Shown: positions 1 through 13,922, numbered from the stretch's first letter. The stretch: 64,000 nt of DNA from Fistulifera solaris (GCA_030295235.1 AP026125.1:1922001-1986000); one strand, 5' to 3'. Notes: generated from the letters alone by a model not told the origin. Numbers and translations are program-made.

Positions 1-1641
1 AGTTGAAAAGCACGCTAAGCCATGCTGCCACGAAGGACTCTTACATCAACGCGATCAAACATGTAAAAAAGGAATTAGGGAACGATCAACCTCTTCAATT
101 ACCTGTGCAATGGTTGAAGCAGCAGATACAGCTGGAAACTAGCAAGGAAGAAGATAATCGAAATCCTTTAACTCGTCGAAACATTCCACCCGATCGGGTC
201 ATCAAGTTTTCGTTTCAACAGTTTTGGAAATCGATGCGCCAATTAAATGTATCGATCAATGGATTTGAAATACCACCTTCCAGTCCGGCAGCGCCAGAAC
301 GGGTAGTCGGCTCCTTGACTCGATGTATATTGGAGTTTGATAAGGCACATCAAAACCACAGTAACATACACGGCGCATCCAACGAAATATCGGAACTACA
401 AGCTGTCTCCTATGCGAGAATCATCTTGTCGTCAGTGCTGCAATCAAAAAAGGAAGGAGTAACTTTTGATGTCCTTCATCACTTTTGCAAGCACAAAACG
501 ATGTAATTTGCATTTCTCAGGAACTTGAAGATGAAGCCGAATCGGCAACGCATTTTGAAGTTTCGTTTGCCGGGGATGACCTTCCTGAGGATCTCTTTTA
601 GAAACTGACTATGAAAAGGATCAGTCGAGTTGGATATACTTAGCACGACGAAGGAACAAAAAAGCAACAGTTCCCAAAAGTCGTTGGAGACGTCGCTACG
701 CTGTCTTGTCAGGTGCCGTTTTGAGTTTCTATGAAGCTGCCACGCCACGTCCTCATGGTCTTCGCGGACAATTCGTGCTTTCTGGCCAATGCGAGGTTAT
801 AGCGCAAGAGACTTCGAAAGATGCAGATGGATCAATGCTGGTTTCTCCCCGTGGGGATCGTCGATATGTTATTTGCATTTGCAATCCGGGGGAGCAAGAT
901 TGTCTTTTGTGCTTTGAATATAAAGGGGATATGGAATCTTGGCAGGAAATTTTGGAACAACAAGTTCGGGCTTTAGCAGCTGCGAAGCAAGATACGAGTG
1001 AAGAGGTGATTGGCTTATCTCGGCAAAAGAATACGACTGGAATGTTGAAAGGTGCAGAAAGGGTTTTCAAAGGTGCTGCTGACAGTGGAATGCGTGTCGG
1101 TGGTCGTGTTATCAAAGGAGCTACTGATACGATGAAAAGTGCAACGGATGGCAGTATGAAAGTAGTGAAGAGAGCGACAGATGGTAGCATGAAAGCCATG
1201 AGAAGAGCCACCGATAGCAGTATGAAGGTCATTCGCGGGGCTGTGAGAACATTTCGCTCAACGGGGAATCGTGACGAAGCCGAAATTTCACCTCCCATAA
1301 TCTCACGAGTCATACGCAAAGCAACGTCTTCACATTTGCTCTCCACTGCTACCGATTCAGGGAAGCGCGAGCCGTCAGTTCAGTGTATTGTACAGCGTTC
1401 TAGTACGTTTTCTATTCGATCGGCGCTGGCGAGAACAAAGCATTACTATGATGATGGTGACGATGATGAGGACGAAGACGACCACTGGCTGACGGTGCAG
1501 GTGACTTGGTATCAAGCGTTTCTCATGTCTGGAGGATCCAGTGGGAAGATAAACAGCGGTGACGCACTGATTGAACTTGACTTTGTTGACAAAGAAGAAG
1601 ACACTGATGAAGAGTATGTCGGTGAACTAGAAGTATTGTAA
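1..1641 (+). CDS. PH-domain-containing protein, 5'-truncated by the window edge, joined across two frameshifts (~497, ~598)
   Basis: ORFs 3-506 and 706-1641 are linked by readable frames. The PH-like segment WRRRYAVLSGAVLSFYE...LLCFEYKGDMESWQEILE is followed by 11-aa repeats ATDxSMKxxxR. Confidence 0.65.
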
Positions 1642-1776
1642 CATATGGATGAAGACGTGTTTGTTATGATGTCAAGATAAAGCTGGAAAAGGTCCCTTTT
1701 TTAAACTATGCCTTTAGTTGAGAAGAAGGTAAAAAGGAATAATGCGGCGAATAGAAGCTTATGAGCACAAGAGTTA

Positions 1777-3045
1777 TTAGTTGCGAGCTTTGGTGGGATC
1801 CGTAAACTCTTTGTAAATAACATCGATTTTTTCCATCACCTCACTATCCACCCTGAGATCATATGCTTTGATATCTTCGTGGAGCTGGTTCATTGTCGTT
1901 GCTCCAATAATCGTCGATGCTACATTCTTGTTGTGATAGCACCAACTCAATGCCAACTCGGACGGAGTTATACCGATGGATTCTGCTAGCTCGGCGTATC
2001 GATTCACCGCTTTTTCATTGAGACTTCCCAAGTATCGATCCATGAAGCCAGGAAACAACATCAAGCGCGGTTTTGCGGTGAGACTTTTCGTATCTCGGTA
2101 CTTCCCCGACAGAGACCCTCCTGCCAACGGACTGTAGGGAAGCAATGCCACTTTATGATGATAACATGCCTCCGCCAATCCTGCCTCAAAGTCTTTGCGA
2201 ACGACCAAAGAATACGAATTTTGGACGGAAACGATGCGAGGGTAGAGATCGGGTGATTGCTTCGCCATTTCCAACATACTGCACACTCCAAAGGGCGTTT
2301 CATTACTGACTCCCACATAACGCACTTTTCCGGCCTGAATCACTTCTTGCAGAGCCTCCAAGGTTTCCTCAAACGGAATGGATTCTTTGAGTTGACTCGG
2401 ATCGAAATCGGGCGATCCGAACAATCCACCCGTGTATCGATCCGGCCAATGGAGTTGCAACAGATCAATGTAATCAACACCGAGTCGTTTTAACGAAGCA
2501 TCGACACTGTACAATATTTGTTCTTTGCTGAGTTCCGCTGGAGTGTTGGGTTCCTTTCGTGGCAGCCACGTAATGCGTTCCGATCGTCCCGCGACTTTGG
2601 TAGCGAGAATGACATCTTCGCGTTTTTCTTTTTTTGAGGAACGCGGCTACCGTTTCGTCCGTTCGTCCCTGTGTCTCAGCAGTCGTCGGAACTGGATACA
2701 TTTCGGCTGTATCAATGAAATTGATGCCATATTGATCAAAGGCCGTGTTGAGTTGTTCGACTCCTTCTTCGAGCGTATTTTGCTGTCCGAATGTCATGGT
2801 GCCCATGCAAACTTTGGAGACTTCAAGTCACTCGTTCCTAGTTTACAATAGTCCATGCCCTTTTGTAATCCAGGAACGTGAACTGTTTTGGTAATTGTAC
2901 CCGAGTAAGCTCGGCATCTTTCGTAGAAATAGCGCAGTTGAGGTAAGTTAGATAGAATAACAGAAAGAAGCATCACTCCTTGTTCTTACCTTGGAAGAGC
3001 AGCTACGAAAGCGAACCAGAAACGCTTGCTGCGAGGAAACTGCAT
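1777..3045 (-). CDS. Aldo/keto reductase (Tas-like)
   Basis: Motifs GTMTFG, NFIDTAEMYP, SLKRLGVDYIDLLQLHWPDR, GKVRYVGVSNE, PYSPLAGG, IIGATT. Intron ~2918-2989; frameshifts near 2810 and 2630. Confidence 0.92.
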
Positions 3046-3428
3046 GATGTACAGCAGAAAATCTTACGGAGCGTGTCTTGTTTTATAATAATAATCTCTT
3101 TTGAACCACATGGTCAATGACGACGGATCGATGACAACGAGAAAAACGAAAAAGAGGATGATGTGCGCTGTGTGCGCGCGAATGACTCACTCGTCACTCA
3201 ATTTTATCCGGGACTGGTCATTGGATCCACCGTTCCACTGTCCAACAGACTGTACATAAGTTGGATTGTAGTGTGCGAAGTACTGTACATAAGATTGACT
3301 CTCATGACTGGGACGGAGGACCGGAGGAACAAAAAGTCCTCCGCCTCTTTTTTTTCATTGCATTGAGAGGAGACACTCGACCCTTTGTTAATGTTTTGTT
3401 GTATACCAATCATTATTAAGCTCGAACA

Positions 3429-4625
3429 ATGATAGCCCCTCTTCCCATCATACCAAAAGAGGAGAACGAAGAGATCGCAATGGCAGAAAACGAATTACAA
3501 CAAAGTATACATGTTCCTTTAGACGCAACCGAGGAGGAGGATCCAAATGAAATCAACATCCAGCAAGACAGTCAAAGTGTCATGTCATTTGGTGAAGAAA
3601 CGTGTGCGGATGATGATGAAAGTATAGAAGAATCAAACAGCACAAATTTACAGGAAGAACGAAGTAATGAAGAACCGCGCAGCGAAGAACACGTTTCGAG
3701 TTCGATCATTCATTCCGACATTCGGCTTCCAACACCCAACCATCCGACACCACCCGATACACACAGTTTGATGGACGAAGGAACCGGAGTCAGCGACAAC
3801 GAAGACCACTTGGACTGCACTTCACTTGTGTTACGACTATTGTGCTGGCCGATCATGATACCCATATTGTTCATGACATTCTTTGTCTTTTTATTCTTTT
3901 CACGGTGCCCGCGGTCATGTTTGTCATCGGCATGACGTGCCTTTATTATTGTTGCACGCGGAATCCCATTCCGCCGCGTGTACTCTGGGCAGCCATGTGG
4001 CACGATGAGATTGTGTCAGAACCTGAAGCGAGTCGCGTGGCGTATACCGCCGATCAATTGAAAGTCATGTGTGTCCGCCGGACGCTGTTACAACGAAAAC
4101 CACTTGATGTATCCCTGCGCAGTGAGGATGACGAACAATTTATTGTGCATACAACGTACGAAACGTTGATTTATTCGGCGCCACTAACAAAATCGGAAGG
4201 GGCAGAAGATTTTTCTCCGATCCAACGTGCGACAAGAAAATTACGGATTGATGATTCGGATTTCATAGACGTCGAACGAGGCGAACACAAGAAGAAAGGT
4301 GGTTCTATTGGGAAGTGCAGTGGACATTCTCGGAAAATTGAAGGACTGGACGGCACGTTGCACTCCGTACTAACCAGCACATCCAAGCATAAAAAAAGCA
4401 GCGGACGACTCGGAATGGACACGAGAAGCGGCGTGTGATATTTGTTTACTGGAGTACGAACCAGGGGATGTGGTGGCCTGGTCACATAATCCGGCGTGCA
4501 ATCATGCGTATCACGAGGATTGTGTAGCGGATTGGCTCGTTCGCAGTTTGACATGCCCGTCGTGTCGTCAGGATTTTATCCGACCCGAAGATTTGAAGAA
4601 AGAGAAGAAACGGCGCAATGCATAA
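3429..4625 (+). CDS. Membrane-anchored RING-H2 E3 ubiquitin ligase
   Basis: Hydrophobic segments at ~3820-3960. The frame from 4434 reads CDICLLEYEPGDVVAWSHNPACNHAYHEDCVADWLVRSLTCPSCRQ, stop at 4623-4625. Needs two frameshifts. Confidence 0.8.
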
Positions 4626-4748
4626 ATACTGTTGTATTTCGTATTAAATACTATAGAATCTTGCGATTAACATTCAGTGATTGTTCAATCAATAAAGAGT
4701 ATTAGTTTTTAAGTTGTCACTTTGTCAGGTGCTCATGCTAGACAGTCA

Positions 4749-7329
4749 TTAGAGATCATTCATCGCCACAGAGAGACGCCATGCCCCGCGATTCTTGTCC
4801 CAATACTCCGCATCCTTGGGCTTTCGACCTTTGGGTCGCAAGTAGAACCCAGTCGAAGGATCCTGTTTGAGGGTCGCATTTGGTTTCATCCAACAATCTT
4901 CCAATTGTGGCTCTGATCGAGAATTGCTGGAGAGCACTTCAAAAGGATGCCGAACAGGGTTCTTATCTTTGCGAGACAAGGGAAATGCTGGATCAGGGCT
5001 ACATTCGATGTCAATTTGCTGAGTGTTCTTTTCATCAAGTACCTCGACGTCAAAACTGTCAAAGGTGCTCTGGGTATCATCCAGAAGGATCGGATTAGAT
5101 GGGCTGCTCCCCTGAGAACAGCCGCCTTCCTCTCGTACTAGAGCATCGCTGCCTTTTTCGACTTTGATAGCGAAACTATTCACCTCGTTTTCTTTCTGCA
5201 CCTTTTCGAGCTTTTCGCGTAGGCTCTGGAGCTCGGCATCTTTCTTAGAGACCTCTTCCTCATATTTGGCAGTGATAACGGCAATTTGCTCTTCTTGATC
5301 CTTTCGCATTCGCTGCATTTCCTCTTCGCATTCTTCCAGCTGCTCAGTCAGCTCCGCAATCTTTGCTCTCCTCGCGACGGATGGAGCTTCCGAGCACTAG
5401 CCACTGCGCCAGATGAGACCAACTGCTCCATCTGCAACTTCAACTTTTCGATAATATCATCGTACTGTTGGCTCATAGCCCGCATCTGACTCTCCATCTC
5501 TTCGGCAACTTCATCGCGAACATCCGCTTCAACGGACTCCATTTGATCACGAAGCTGATCCACATCTGCTTGAAGTTCATCATTCTGGGTTTTCAACATC
5601 TGGTTTTCAACTTCAAGAACCGACACTTTCATCCTCAAAGAGTTGATCTCTTTTTGATCGGTCGAGCTTGATCCACGTGGCGCAATCTTTTCATCCCCTT
5701 CAACCACCTCGGTGCGAATTTTCTTGTTATTGACCGGATACTTGAAAACGTCTGATGGTTTAGCATCGTGGTCATCGCTGTTTTCCTTTCGCTTTCGCGA
5801 GCCATTGAACCGGTGCGGAGAGAGCTTTTTGATCGCATTGACAATTTTCTGGGAAAACGTGGGTTTCCCGGATACCATTCTGTGACCGTTGTTGTCATAT
5901 TCCACACTCACAGATGGGGCCGCCTTCTCTTTTGGAATGGAGCTCGTATCGATATTTCGCGCAACACTCGAGTAAGAAAGAACATGTTGAGTCTCATCAA
6001 AGTCAGATGCTGCAGGGTTGACGTTGATGACCATGCTTGTCCGATTTGCATAGGGTCCCATCCAATGAGCGGCGAACAAGCGAGTCAACTTGCTGTCTCT
6101 CCACGGAATTACAGCGTTTTTCTTGTCACCAGCCGAGCTTCTTAGACCCTCCAAGCATTGATTGAGCGTCATAAGAGACATATTAATGTTTGCAGCTTCT
6201 TGTTGTCGTGCTCCACCGGTGCGCTTACTTCGTTCGCTCCCAGCCAAGTCGACGATCCACAGATTTGACTTGATGTTTGAGCTTTTATTCAACACCTGAA
6301 TCTGGCAGATAGCGTGCGAACGACTGCTCTCCTTATTGATGGAGTTCGTAGCACATCGACGATTTGTTTTTGCTTGAGAGATAAAGATAAGCCGTCCGCC
6401 AGCGACGGTACTCGATGAAGAGAAATAGAATGCAATGACTTCTTCATGTGGGCCGCAGTTCTACCCGTCATGGTTTCCACGGATAGTAAATCGAATATCT
6501 TTTCATTGTAAATCTCAAAGTATGACATGTGCAATGAAAGATTTTGTGTACCGTTGTTGTGGCACAACTCGAAGAGATGCTTCAGCGCGCGAGGGAGCAG
6601 CCCCCATGATTGATTGACACTGTCCGACGTAAGAGTTTTGTCTGGTCCGGTAACGGTGTAGGTCTTTCCTGCATTGGTAATGCCATAACAGAATACGAGA
6701 CCAGACTCTCCAGCTAGCACACCGTTGATGTACGGCGAGACGGTTCGCTCATAGACGACCTCTTGACTGGCATCTTGAGGAAAGACTTCAGCGAATTCGA
6801 ACTCCTTCAAAATACTACTACCTCCAGCTCGAGCGACTTTGAAGGAATGCGAGCTGGCTGGAGCATGAGTACGGATCTTTTGTACACTTCTCCCATCTAC
6901 GGCTGTCTTTGGCAAGATCTCAATCGTATTATCGGAGTTGGCTGTCGGGCGGAGACGTAGATAAACGCTGAATTGCTTTGGCTCCGGCTCGCTTTCACTT
7001 TCATAGGAATCAAACGAAAGTGTGTTGGCTGGCTTCATTTCGAATTCGTGGATCTTCTCCGCTACCGATTGCCGGAACGACCCGGGTTTGCTCTGTCCAG
7101 GCTTTGTGAGTTGATCAAATGTTTCTCCGAGATTCTTCTTGAGTTGTATCGTGTCATTCAATGTCGTGTTTAGATCGCGTTCGGACTCAAGGGAAACATT
7201 AGCGTCTGGAAAATAGCTAACGTCCTGATCAATTTGACTGTTGTTCAAATGGTTCTCGTCGTAGTTGATCATGTCGGGCACATCATTCTCTTTATCCGAG
7301 AAAAAGCTACTTTCGTTAATTCTTTCCAT
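4749..7329 (-). CDS. Kinesin motor protein (kinesin-6/KIF20-like) with coiled-coil tail
   Basis: VYLRLRP, YGITNAGKTYT P-loop, SYFEIYNEKIFDLL, VDLAGSERSKRT, IPWRDSKLTRL. Three ORFs joined across frameshifts. Confidence 0.9.
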
Positions 7330-7977
7330 TCTATCCAAGATCGTAGGTGTATTGCACGGAATCAAATACAGAAGTTACAAGAAAGCTACGTAGTATGTTG
7401 ATTTGCGTTGCACTTCTCATTCATTGTTCTTTCGGTACATCTGTGATGAAAGTGAAGCCTGAGAATTGTTTAGCCGTCGGCCGGCTTTCATCGATTATTT
7501 TAGCTCAAGCAACTGTTAAACGGAAATTAAGCTCTATATAAACTTTCACGTTTCGTGCATAATCAAATTATTTAGACTGTATAGTAAAATGTCGGAGACT
7601 TTATATTCCGACTTAAATCATAATTTCAGTCCCGGAAGTTATGTACCAGCATTTTTATTGATTGTTTAGGATTCGTAATGGGCTTCCGTCCCTCTTCTAG
7701 CTGTTTGAGGATGTCGTAGATAGCCATTCAGTTCAAGAAAATGTAATTACCGGCTAGAGACCATGGCTAATCTCGATGACATCGAGACTTAAAAACGGTG
7801 AATTTATGTCGACACTGACATCTAGAAAGAAGGAGCTCTAGGTTCGTCCTTACTACATTTTCAGATAGCAAGCAGAGATTATATCTTGTCATAAGCATGA
7901 GTGGGAATGGATGCAATGAATACGACCAGATAAACAGTAACTTTTCATATTAAAGATGTACGAACAACTCCAATTCA

Positions 7978-9609
7978 TTACCAATCACCCGAGTCTCCAC
8001 TTGCCGCCATGCCTTGTTTTGATGCTTCTCGCGCGGCGCGCTCTTCCAGTAACGCTTCGTGCCGTGATCTACGTGCTCTATTCAACTTATATTTTGAAGC
8101 CATTTCCACCAGCGCTTGCTCCGCCAAATGTTCACTCTCCATTTCAACAAAGGCGTACGTAGAGTTTGTCGGCACAATAACATCAACGACGCCGCGGTCC
8201 CCTCCATATTTTGCGAATGCGCGTTCGAGTTCGGCGCGACGATGATCGATATCGGATTGAGTAAAGATTTTCGATAGACCGCTGACGAAGAGTTTTCGTG
8301 GGTGAACCGAATTGAATTGATTGACGCCTGCAATGCCTGAAACGTCTGCTTTTGCCATAAGGCTTTTGTGACCCCACCAAACCTAACAAACATTCGCTTA
8401 GCCGAAGAAAGAACAGCCGCAGCAATACAAATATCCGATCTTACCTTGTAAACTGTCCAAGATTCGGGACTGCCATAGTCGTCCGTGGAAGGGAACTGTA
8501 ACACCAAATGTGACGCCGAGCTGAGATCTTGACGGTGTTCTAAACGCAAGCAATGTTTGCCTTCAAGAAATACGTCAAAACCATCGCCATGGATTTGAAT
8601 GATCAGAGTACACGAGGTCTGTCCGAATAAGATAGGTACTTGAGACAAAGGGATTGCAAGTGCTTGTCCCCAGATACCTTCATTCTTGTCATTTACTATC
8701 AATTGGCCACCTCGCTCGAACTGACGCGGATTAAAGTGAAACAATACACTTTCAAACGAATTATGATCGGGTACAGCCAAGTTCAAGCTGAAGCGTTTCG
8801 AATCTGATGGTGCCATAAATTTGATGGCCAGAGTATTGTTGTAGCCCGGCTTTCCTAACTGGTCAACATCAAAATTTTCCAACTCAATACAGAACGCTCC
8901 ATCGTTGGGAGCGAAAACACCTTCTGGCGGCGACCACTTCATTTCATTGTTATCAATAGGAAAAGAGTTTTGCCACGAGAAGGTGTAAGCTCCAGACTTT
9001 TGGAGAAATCGTGTGGTGGCGTTGACGCAGCAGTGATGTTCGCAATAAGTGATGTAGTATTCTCTTCCACATCGTCTGCTCTTTTTCGCTTGATGAGTGC
9101 CGGAGAATCATCCACGTGTTCTTCGTTGTCTGCAGCCCGCAAGTGTTGAGCAATCAGCTCTTCTCGCTTGGCGTCGTTTACCGTCTGCGCTCTCTTTGCT
9201 TCTTCAACTTCTTCGCGCAAAGCTGCGAGTTTTGCCTCGCGACGTTCATGCAAAGTTGTTTCATCACCAGAGTCTTCTTCGTCATCCTCAAGTTCTTCTT
9301 CTTCGTCGTCGTCGTCATCGAGATCCTCGTTATCGGAAAGATCATCTGCTGCTATTTTCCTGGCGACACGCTTTCTCTTACGCGCCGGCTTCGCCATTTT
9401 CTGCTGAAACTCCGCATCTTTCGCAGCTAATTTCTCCATGGCGGCTTCCGTTTTCAAACGCTGTGCGGTTTTTTCCAGTTGACGAACATGATCATACATT
9501 TCGAGCAGCATGTCTTCCTCTTCGGTCGTTTTAAAGTCGTCCGGAACAGGAAGAATGCCGTAGGTCTTTGCTGTTGCGGCGTCGGATTCCGCCAGTTACT
9601 AGCACTCAT
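7978..9609 (-). CDS. Galectin-like domain + C-terminal RRM protein with basic/acidic coiled-coil N-terminus
   Basis: RFSLNL...LFHFNPR...VN....WG galectin signature; RNP2 KLFVSGL and RNP1-like TYAFVEM. Intron 8383-8444 gives YK|VWWGHK. ATG at 9609 requires a frameshift. Confidence 0.75.
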
Positions 9610-9752
9610 CCCTTTACTGTTTCCAAGTCCACCGGTTGATGAAGTCGCTGACGAGCGAGATTGTGTTATAACCTTTTGCTTGTAGCCTTTTTGGTTTAGT
9701 AAAGCATCTCTCTAGTAAAGCCTTTGCTTTTTTGTCTTTTATTGCCTCGTTA

Positions 9753-10540
9753 CCATTCGAGTCAAATGAAAATGCGAGTACTGTAAATGTATAGGACACG
9801 TTCACTATATATTAAAGTGTCAGTTTACGACAGAAGTCGTATACCGTATCAAAATCGACCGATTTTTTCCTCCTCTGCACCACGATGACATTGCGGTAAA
9901 ATCATGATCTTTCGACGATGCACATTGGAGGTTTTTTCTGGTGGAATGCTCCACTATCTCATCTTTCATACAAATAGAAGCATCTTGACGGATTGACGGA
10001 AGAGTGGAGCATTCGGTCGGGAAAGTGCGGAGATTTATTATCAACTGAGGAGGGCAGAAAAGATTCCTTCCGACACTACGATTTCAGCCTTCGACGCCAA
10101 AATGAAGGTTTTCCTTAGTAATTCTTTCATCGATAGGTATCTTTTATAGTCGTTCACATTAACTTTAAGTTCTGTTATGAGAGATGTACTTCACAAATTT
10201 TTCTCTCCTTAAATGAATGTCGAAGCTCATGTTTTGCGCGACCAAACAGAACTCCAAAAACTCGGCACACTCTTGTTTTCCTTGTGAACTTTTCGCCATT
10301 CTACCAACCTGCTCTCGCTTGTTTGAATGGTGTAAAACTTCACAAGCAGCTCCGCAAACGCCTCCAGTGTGCATCGTCGAAAGATCATGATTTTACCGCA
10401 ATGTCATCGTGGTGCAGAGGAGGAAAAAATCGGTGGATTTTGATACGGTATACGACTTCTGTCGTAAACTAACACTTTAATATATAGTGAACGTGTCCTA
10501 TACATTTTACAGTACTCGCATTTTCATTTGACTCGAATGG
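9753..10540. mobile_element. Non-autonomous DNA transposon (MITE-like), ~180-bp TIRs, TA target site (Tc1/mariner-like)
   Basis: 9753-9931 is the reverse complement of 10361-10540 (3 substitutions, 1 indel). Flanked by TA at 9751-52 and 10541-42. No intact internal ORF. Confidence 0.85.
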
Positions 10541-11127
10541 TAATCATCTTCATCGTCGCGGTTCGTGACTAAAAGGAAACGCAGTCCACAGTCGATCGAC
10601 AATCTCAGCCGTCAGTCCTCGGTACGTAATCTGCGCCAGATTCGGAGGCACGGGCTACGTGGTGCTTCGTAGCTTTTGTACTGCAATGAAAATGAGATTC
10701 GCTACAGTACAACTCATACAGAACAATCAACATTCAAAAAGAACTCCTACTGTACACACCATACTGGAAAGTCACAGCGTTTCGCGTTTTGCATTTTGCA
10801 TTCCCCACTTCTACGTGATGTTCCGTAGAAAAATGTACGATAGAAAACGACGTTCGTCTCGCAGTTGCATTTGCTGGCATCGTCATGATGAAAACAAACA
10901 ATACGGTTTGCAATTCATTCATTGTGTTGTTGCTATTTGTTGTAATGATTGATAGGATACGAAAGAAGTGAAGATTTAGTCCTGCTCTGTAGTTCTGCTT
11001 TGCGCAAAGTGTTTAACAAGCTACGAAATAATCAGAGCCGAGTTCGAAACGAAGATTCCCTGCAGTAGAATTCGTTGCAACTTTGTCCCGAACGTTCAAA
11101 ACATACAATTAAAAGGAATCCTGCATC

Positions 11128-12238
11128 ATGAAATATCTACATAACGATGCCTTGTCCGAGTTGACAACCTTTCTTACCGATTTGCCGCTGGGTGGAGAAA
11201 TATCGCAACGGGTCCTATACGGTCGATTGGAAGCATTTTCTATGAAAAGAGGATCTGATGATAAGAGATATGCTTTCAAATTAGGAGAGAAATTCGTAGC
11301 GTCGCTTGAAACTTTCGCAACGGATGTTAGTGCATTGAAACAGGCAACTAGGAAGCGAAGTCAATCTGCCGGAGTCTTTGAAGAAATGTCCATGCCCCTG
11401 GCGAAAGTGGGAAGAAGGAATCGTTCTTGCAGTTTTGATACCACACATAGGGAACTCAAAGCTGAGCTTGCTGGGGTACGTCAAAACGCAGATCGAATTA
11501 CTGAGCTGCCAGACTTTAGTAAGGCGATAGTTATACCTTCAGGGCTGGGCAATTTCGCTGAGCAGGGCACACGACGGCTCATGGTAAGTTGCAGCGATTA
11601 TCTGTCAAGTCATTTTATGAGAATTGAATCACGAGACTAATGATAAAGCTTGTTCACAGACTGATTTAATTTTGACGCTGAATATGAGTTTCCCAGACTT
11701 TGACTTTGCAGCGGTGCAACCGTCGGATTTCGTTAATCTCTCGGTGCAAAAAACTATGGATCGTATCAACAAACGCCTCAGCGATGTCGCGTTACATAAA
11801 GAGACGTTTCTGAAAGATCTATGGACTACCATAGACTCTGTCATGACGCTCAGTGAGTGTGACGTCTTCTGCTACCAGCCAGCTGTTTCCGATGATGGAG
11901 ACCCCATGGCCTTTCTGACACAAACTTTGACAGAGGATCATGTCCGCAACAACAGCCTGAATGTTCCGCCCGACGACACAACATCGGGGACTGAAAGTTT
12001 GAGCCAGCCTTCTATCACAACAATCTGGTCCTTCAACTATTTTTTTGTGAACAAAACAGCCAAGCGAATACTTCTATTTACTTGCGTCGAAATCATGAAG
12101 AGCCATCAAAGAGAAGAACCAATAGGTGATGAAGACTTTGCAGTTTACGTGCCATCTACAACAGATGCGAACGAGACCGACTTTGATCTCGACCCCGACT
12201 CGGCTCCTGCAGGCGGGGTTTCAATTCCACTCTTTTAG
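11128..12238 (+). CDS. MAF1: Repressor of RNA polymerase III transcription Maf1
   Basis: MKYL...GRLEAFSMKR, RRLM|TDLILTLNMSFPDFDF, LWTTID...ECDVFCY, IWSFNYFFVNK..KRILLF. Intron 11584-11659. Confidence 0.9.
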
Positions 12239-12425
12239 AATCGAATGAAGAAGGGAGAAGGAATGAGAGAGGGCTTTCTGCACTGTATTTTCTGCTGTCA
12301 AAACGTCCCATGGGGTCACATTTGTATTCCAAATTCTATATTTTTCGTGCATGTTGCATGCATTTAAAAGTAATTTATTTTGAAAACAATAATTTTCTAC
12401 GTTCATTATTAATCGAGTTCGGCCA

Positions 12426-13399
12426 CTATTTAAACTTTCGTCCCCAACCTCTACGCTTACTGGTCTTTTCAACTGGTGGAGATAAAAGTTCCGAAACAGG
12501 TTCTGAACGAGGGGTAGGAACTTTTTCGGCAGATTTCATAAAACCTCTTGCCAATGGAGACGCCACTGATTTCGATCGCAAGGCGCGTTTGATGTCCGAC
12601 AATTCCTTTCTATCTTTCAAGAGCTCCAGTAAAACTTGGTTCAGAGATTTAGAGCTGACGTCGTCTGCATTAGCAATACCAATGCTCTCCTGGGCAGCTG
12701 CCACAAAGTCCTTCCAGTCTTTGTCGGTCTCCTCGCGGACACGATCGGTGATCTGGTCGGCGATGATCTTGAACACTTTTCCACGGACTTTGTTGGGGCC
12801 CAACTCGCAACATTCATAAGGATATCGACCGCCAAGTCCCTTTTCATTTACCGAAGACGGATACGTCTCAAGTAAGAGACTCAAAACAGTATCGTTCGCG
12901 CCGAATCCGTATGCCAAGTGAATAGGAAGCATGCCTTCATTGTCAGTGCATTGAACGGCTTTGGGATAGTTCTCGATCAACTTTTGCACAACAATGGCCG
13001 GAGCAGAGTAAGACAATGCAGCATGGAGTGGAAGCTGACTCCATTCCGGATTCCCTTTACGATCGTACGACGTAATCCAGGTCTTGGCCTGGATTTCGGG
13101 CCCAGGGCTTTGCATGTGTTCTGTTCCAGCTCCGAAGAACCCAGTCTTCCACATACCAGTCGACAAAAGGCGAGGACCCCCTCCCAGTTCTCTTTTTCAA
13201 TATTGCGAAAGAGAGGAGTGACTCTAGTGTACGGCTGGTTTAGGACCTCGCTACTTTCGGACATCGCGGTCGTCGCATCTGTGTCATCGTCAAGGACAGC
13301 ATGCTTGCCTATTGGCTTATGCTTAATGGGTGTGTAGGCATCATAGGCCAATGTTTCTGTGTTCGGCGGACCGCACGCGCAAGATAAAGCTGATGCCAT
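12426..13399 (-). CDS. Ankyrin-like repeat protein (WSQLPLH family)
   Basis: QAKTWI...WSQLPLHAAL...LIENYPKAVQCTDNEGMLPIHLA. One frameshift near 13165. Confidence 0.75.
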
Positions 13400-13922
13400 C
13401 GTTTGTGGTGCTGATTCGATGATGAATAAATATCTTGATAACAAGAAAGTGAGGAGGGAGATTGGAGGGAATGTTTTTTTGAATTTTGTTCGAAACTGGC
13501 GACACGAGCGAGGGCAATATTTAGGTGAAATGTGTCGCAGAGTGTTAACCAAAACGTCTATGTATCTCGTTTCACAGATACAGCAGCTGCCTGTTATGAA
13601 ATCCGCAATACTCCGGAGTACGAGAATCTTTGCTCCTATTGGGTGCTTTAAGGACAAGGATAAAGCTCGCATTGGACTTTTCCGTTTCAGCGGTGCGCAG
13701 TTCGGCTGGCGTCAGATGTTTGATAAATAGGAAAACTCTTCCCTATAATCAGTTTATAGATTGGAGATACTATAGGTTATAAGGTAGAGAGGGCACGGAC
13801 GAAAATCCCGCAACTTTTGCACCTCAGCGAAATAAACAGCACTCCGCACTCTAGCATTTCGACGCAGAGCAAAGCCTATCCGCTGTTTTTTTTTGTCTAT
13901 AATTGCAGCACAAGGGGCATCA

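Noticed and set aside
2600..2830. Programmed frameshifting in host genes
   Set aside because: Indels occur in unrelated genes at varied homopolymers with no shared slippery motif; sequencing error is the simpler explanation.
9820..10472. Two ORFs sharing LQCASSKDHDFTAMSSWCRGGKN
   Set aside because: They are translations of the two TIRs of the non-autonomous element.
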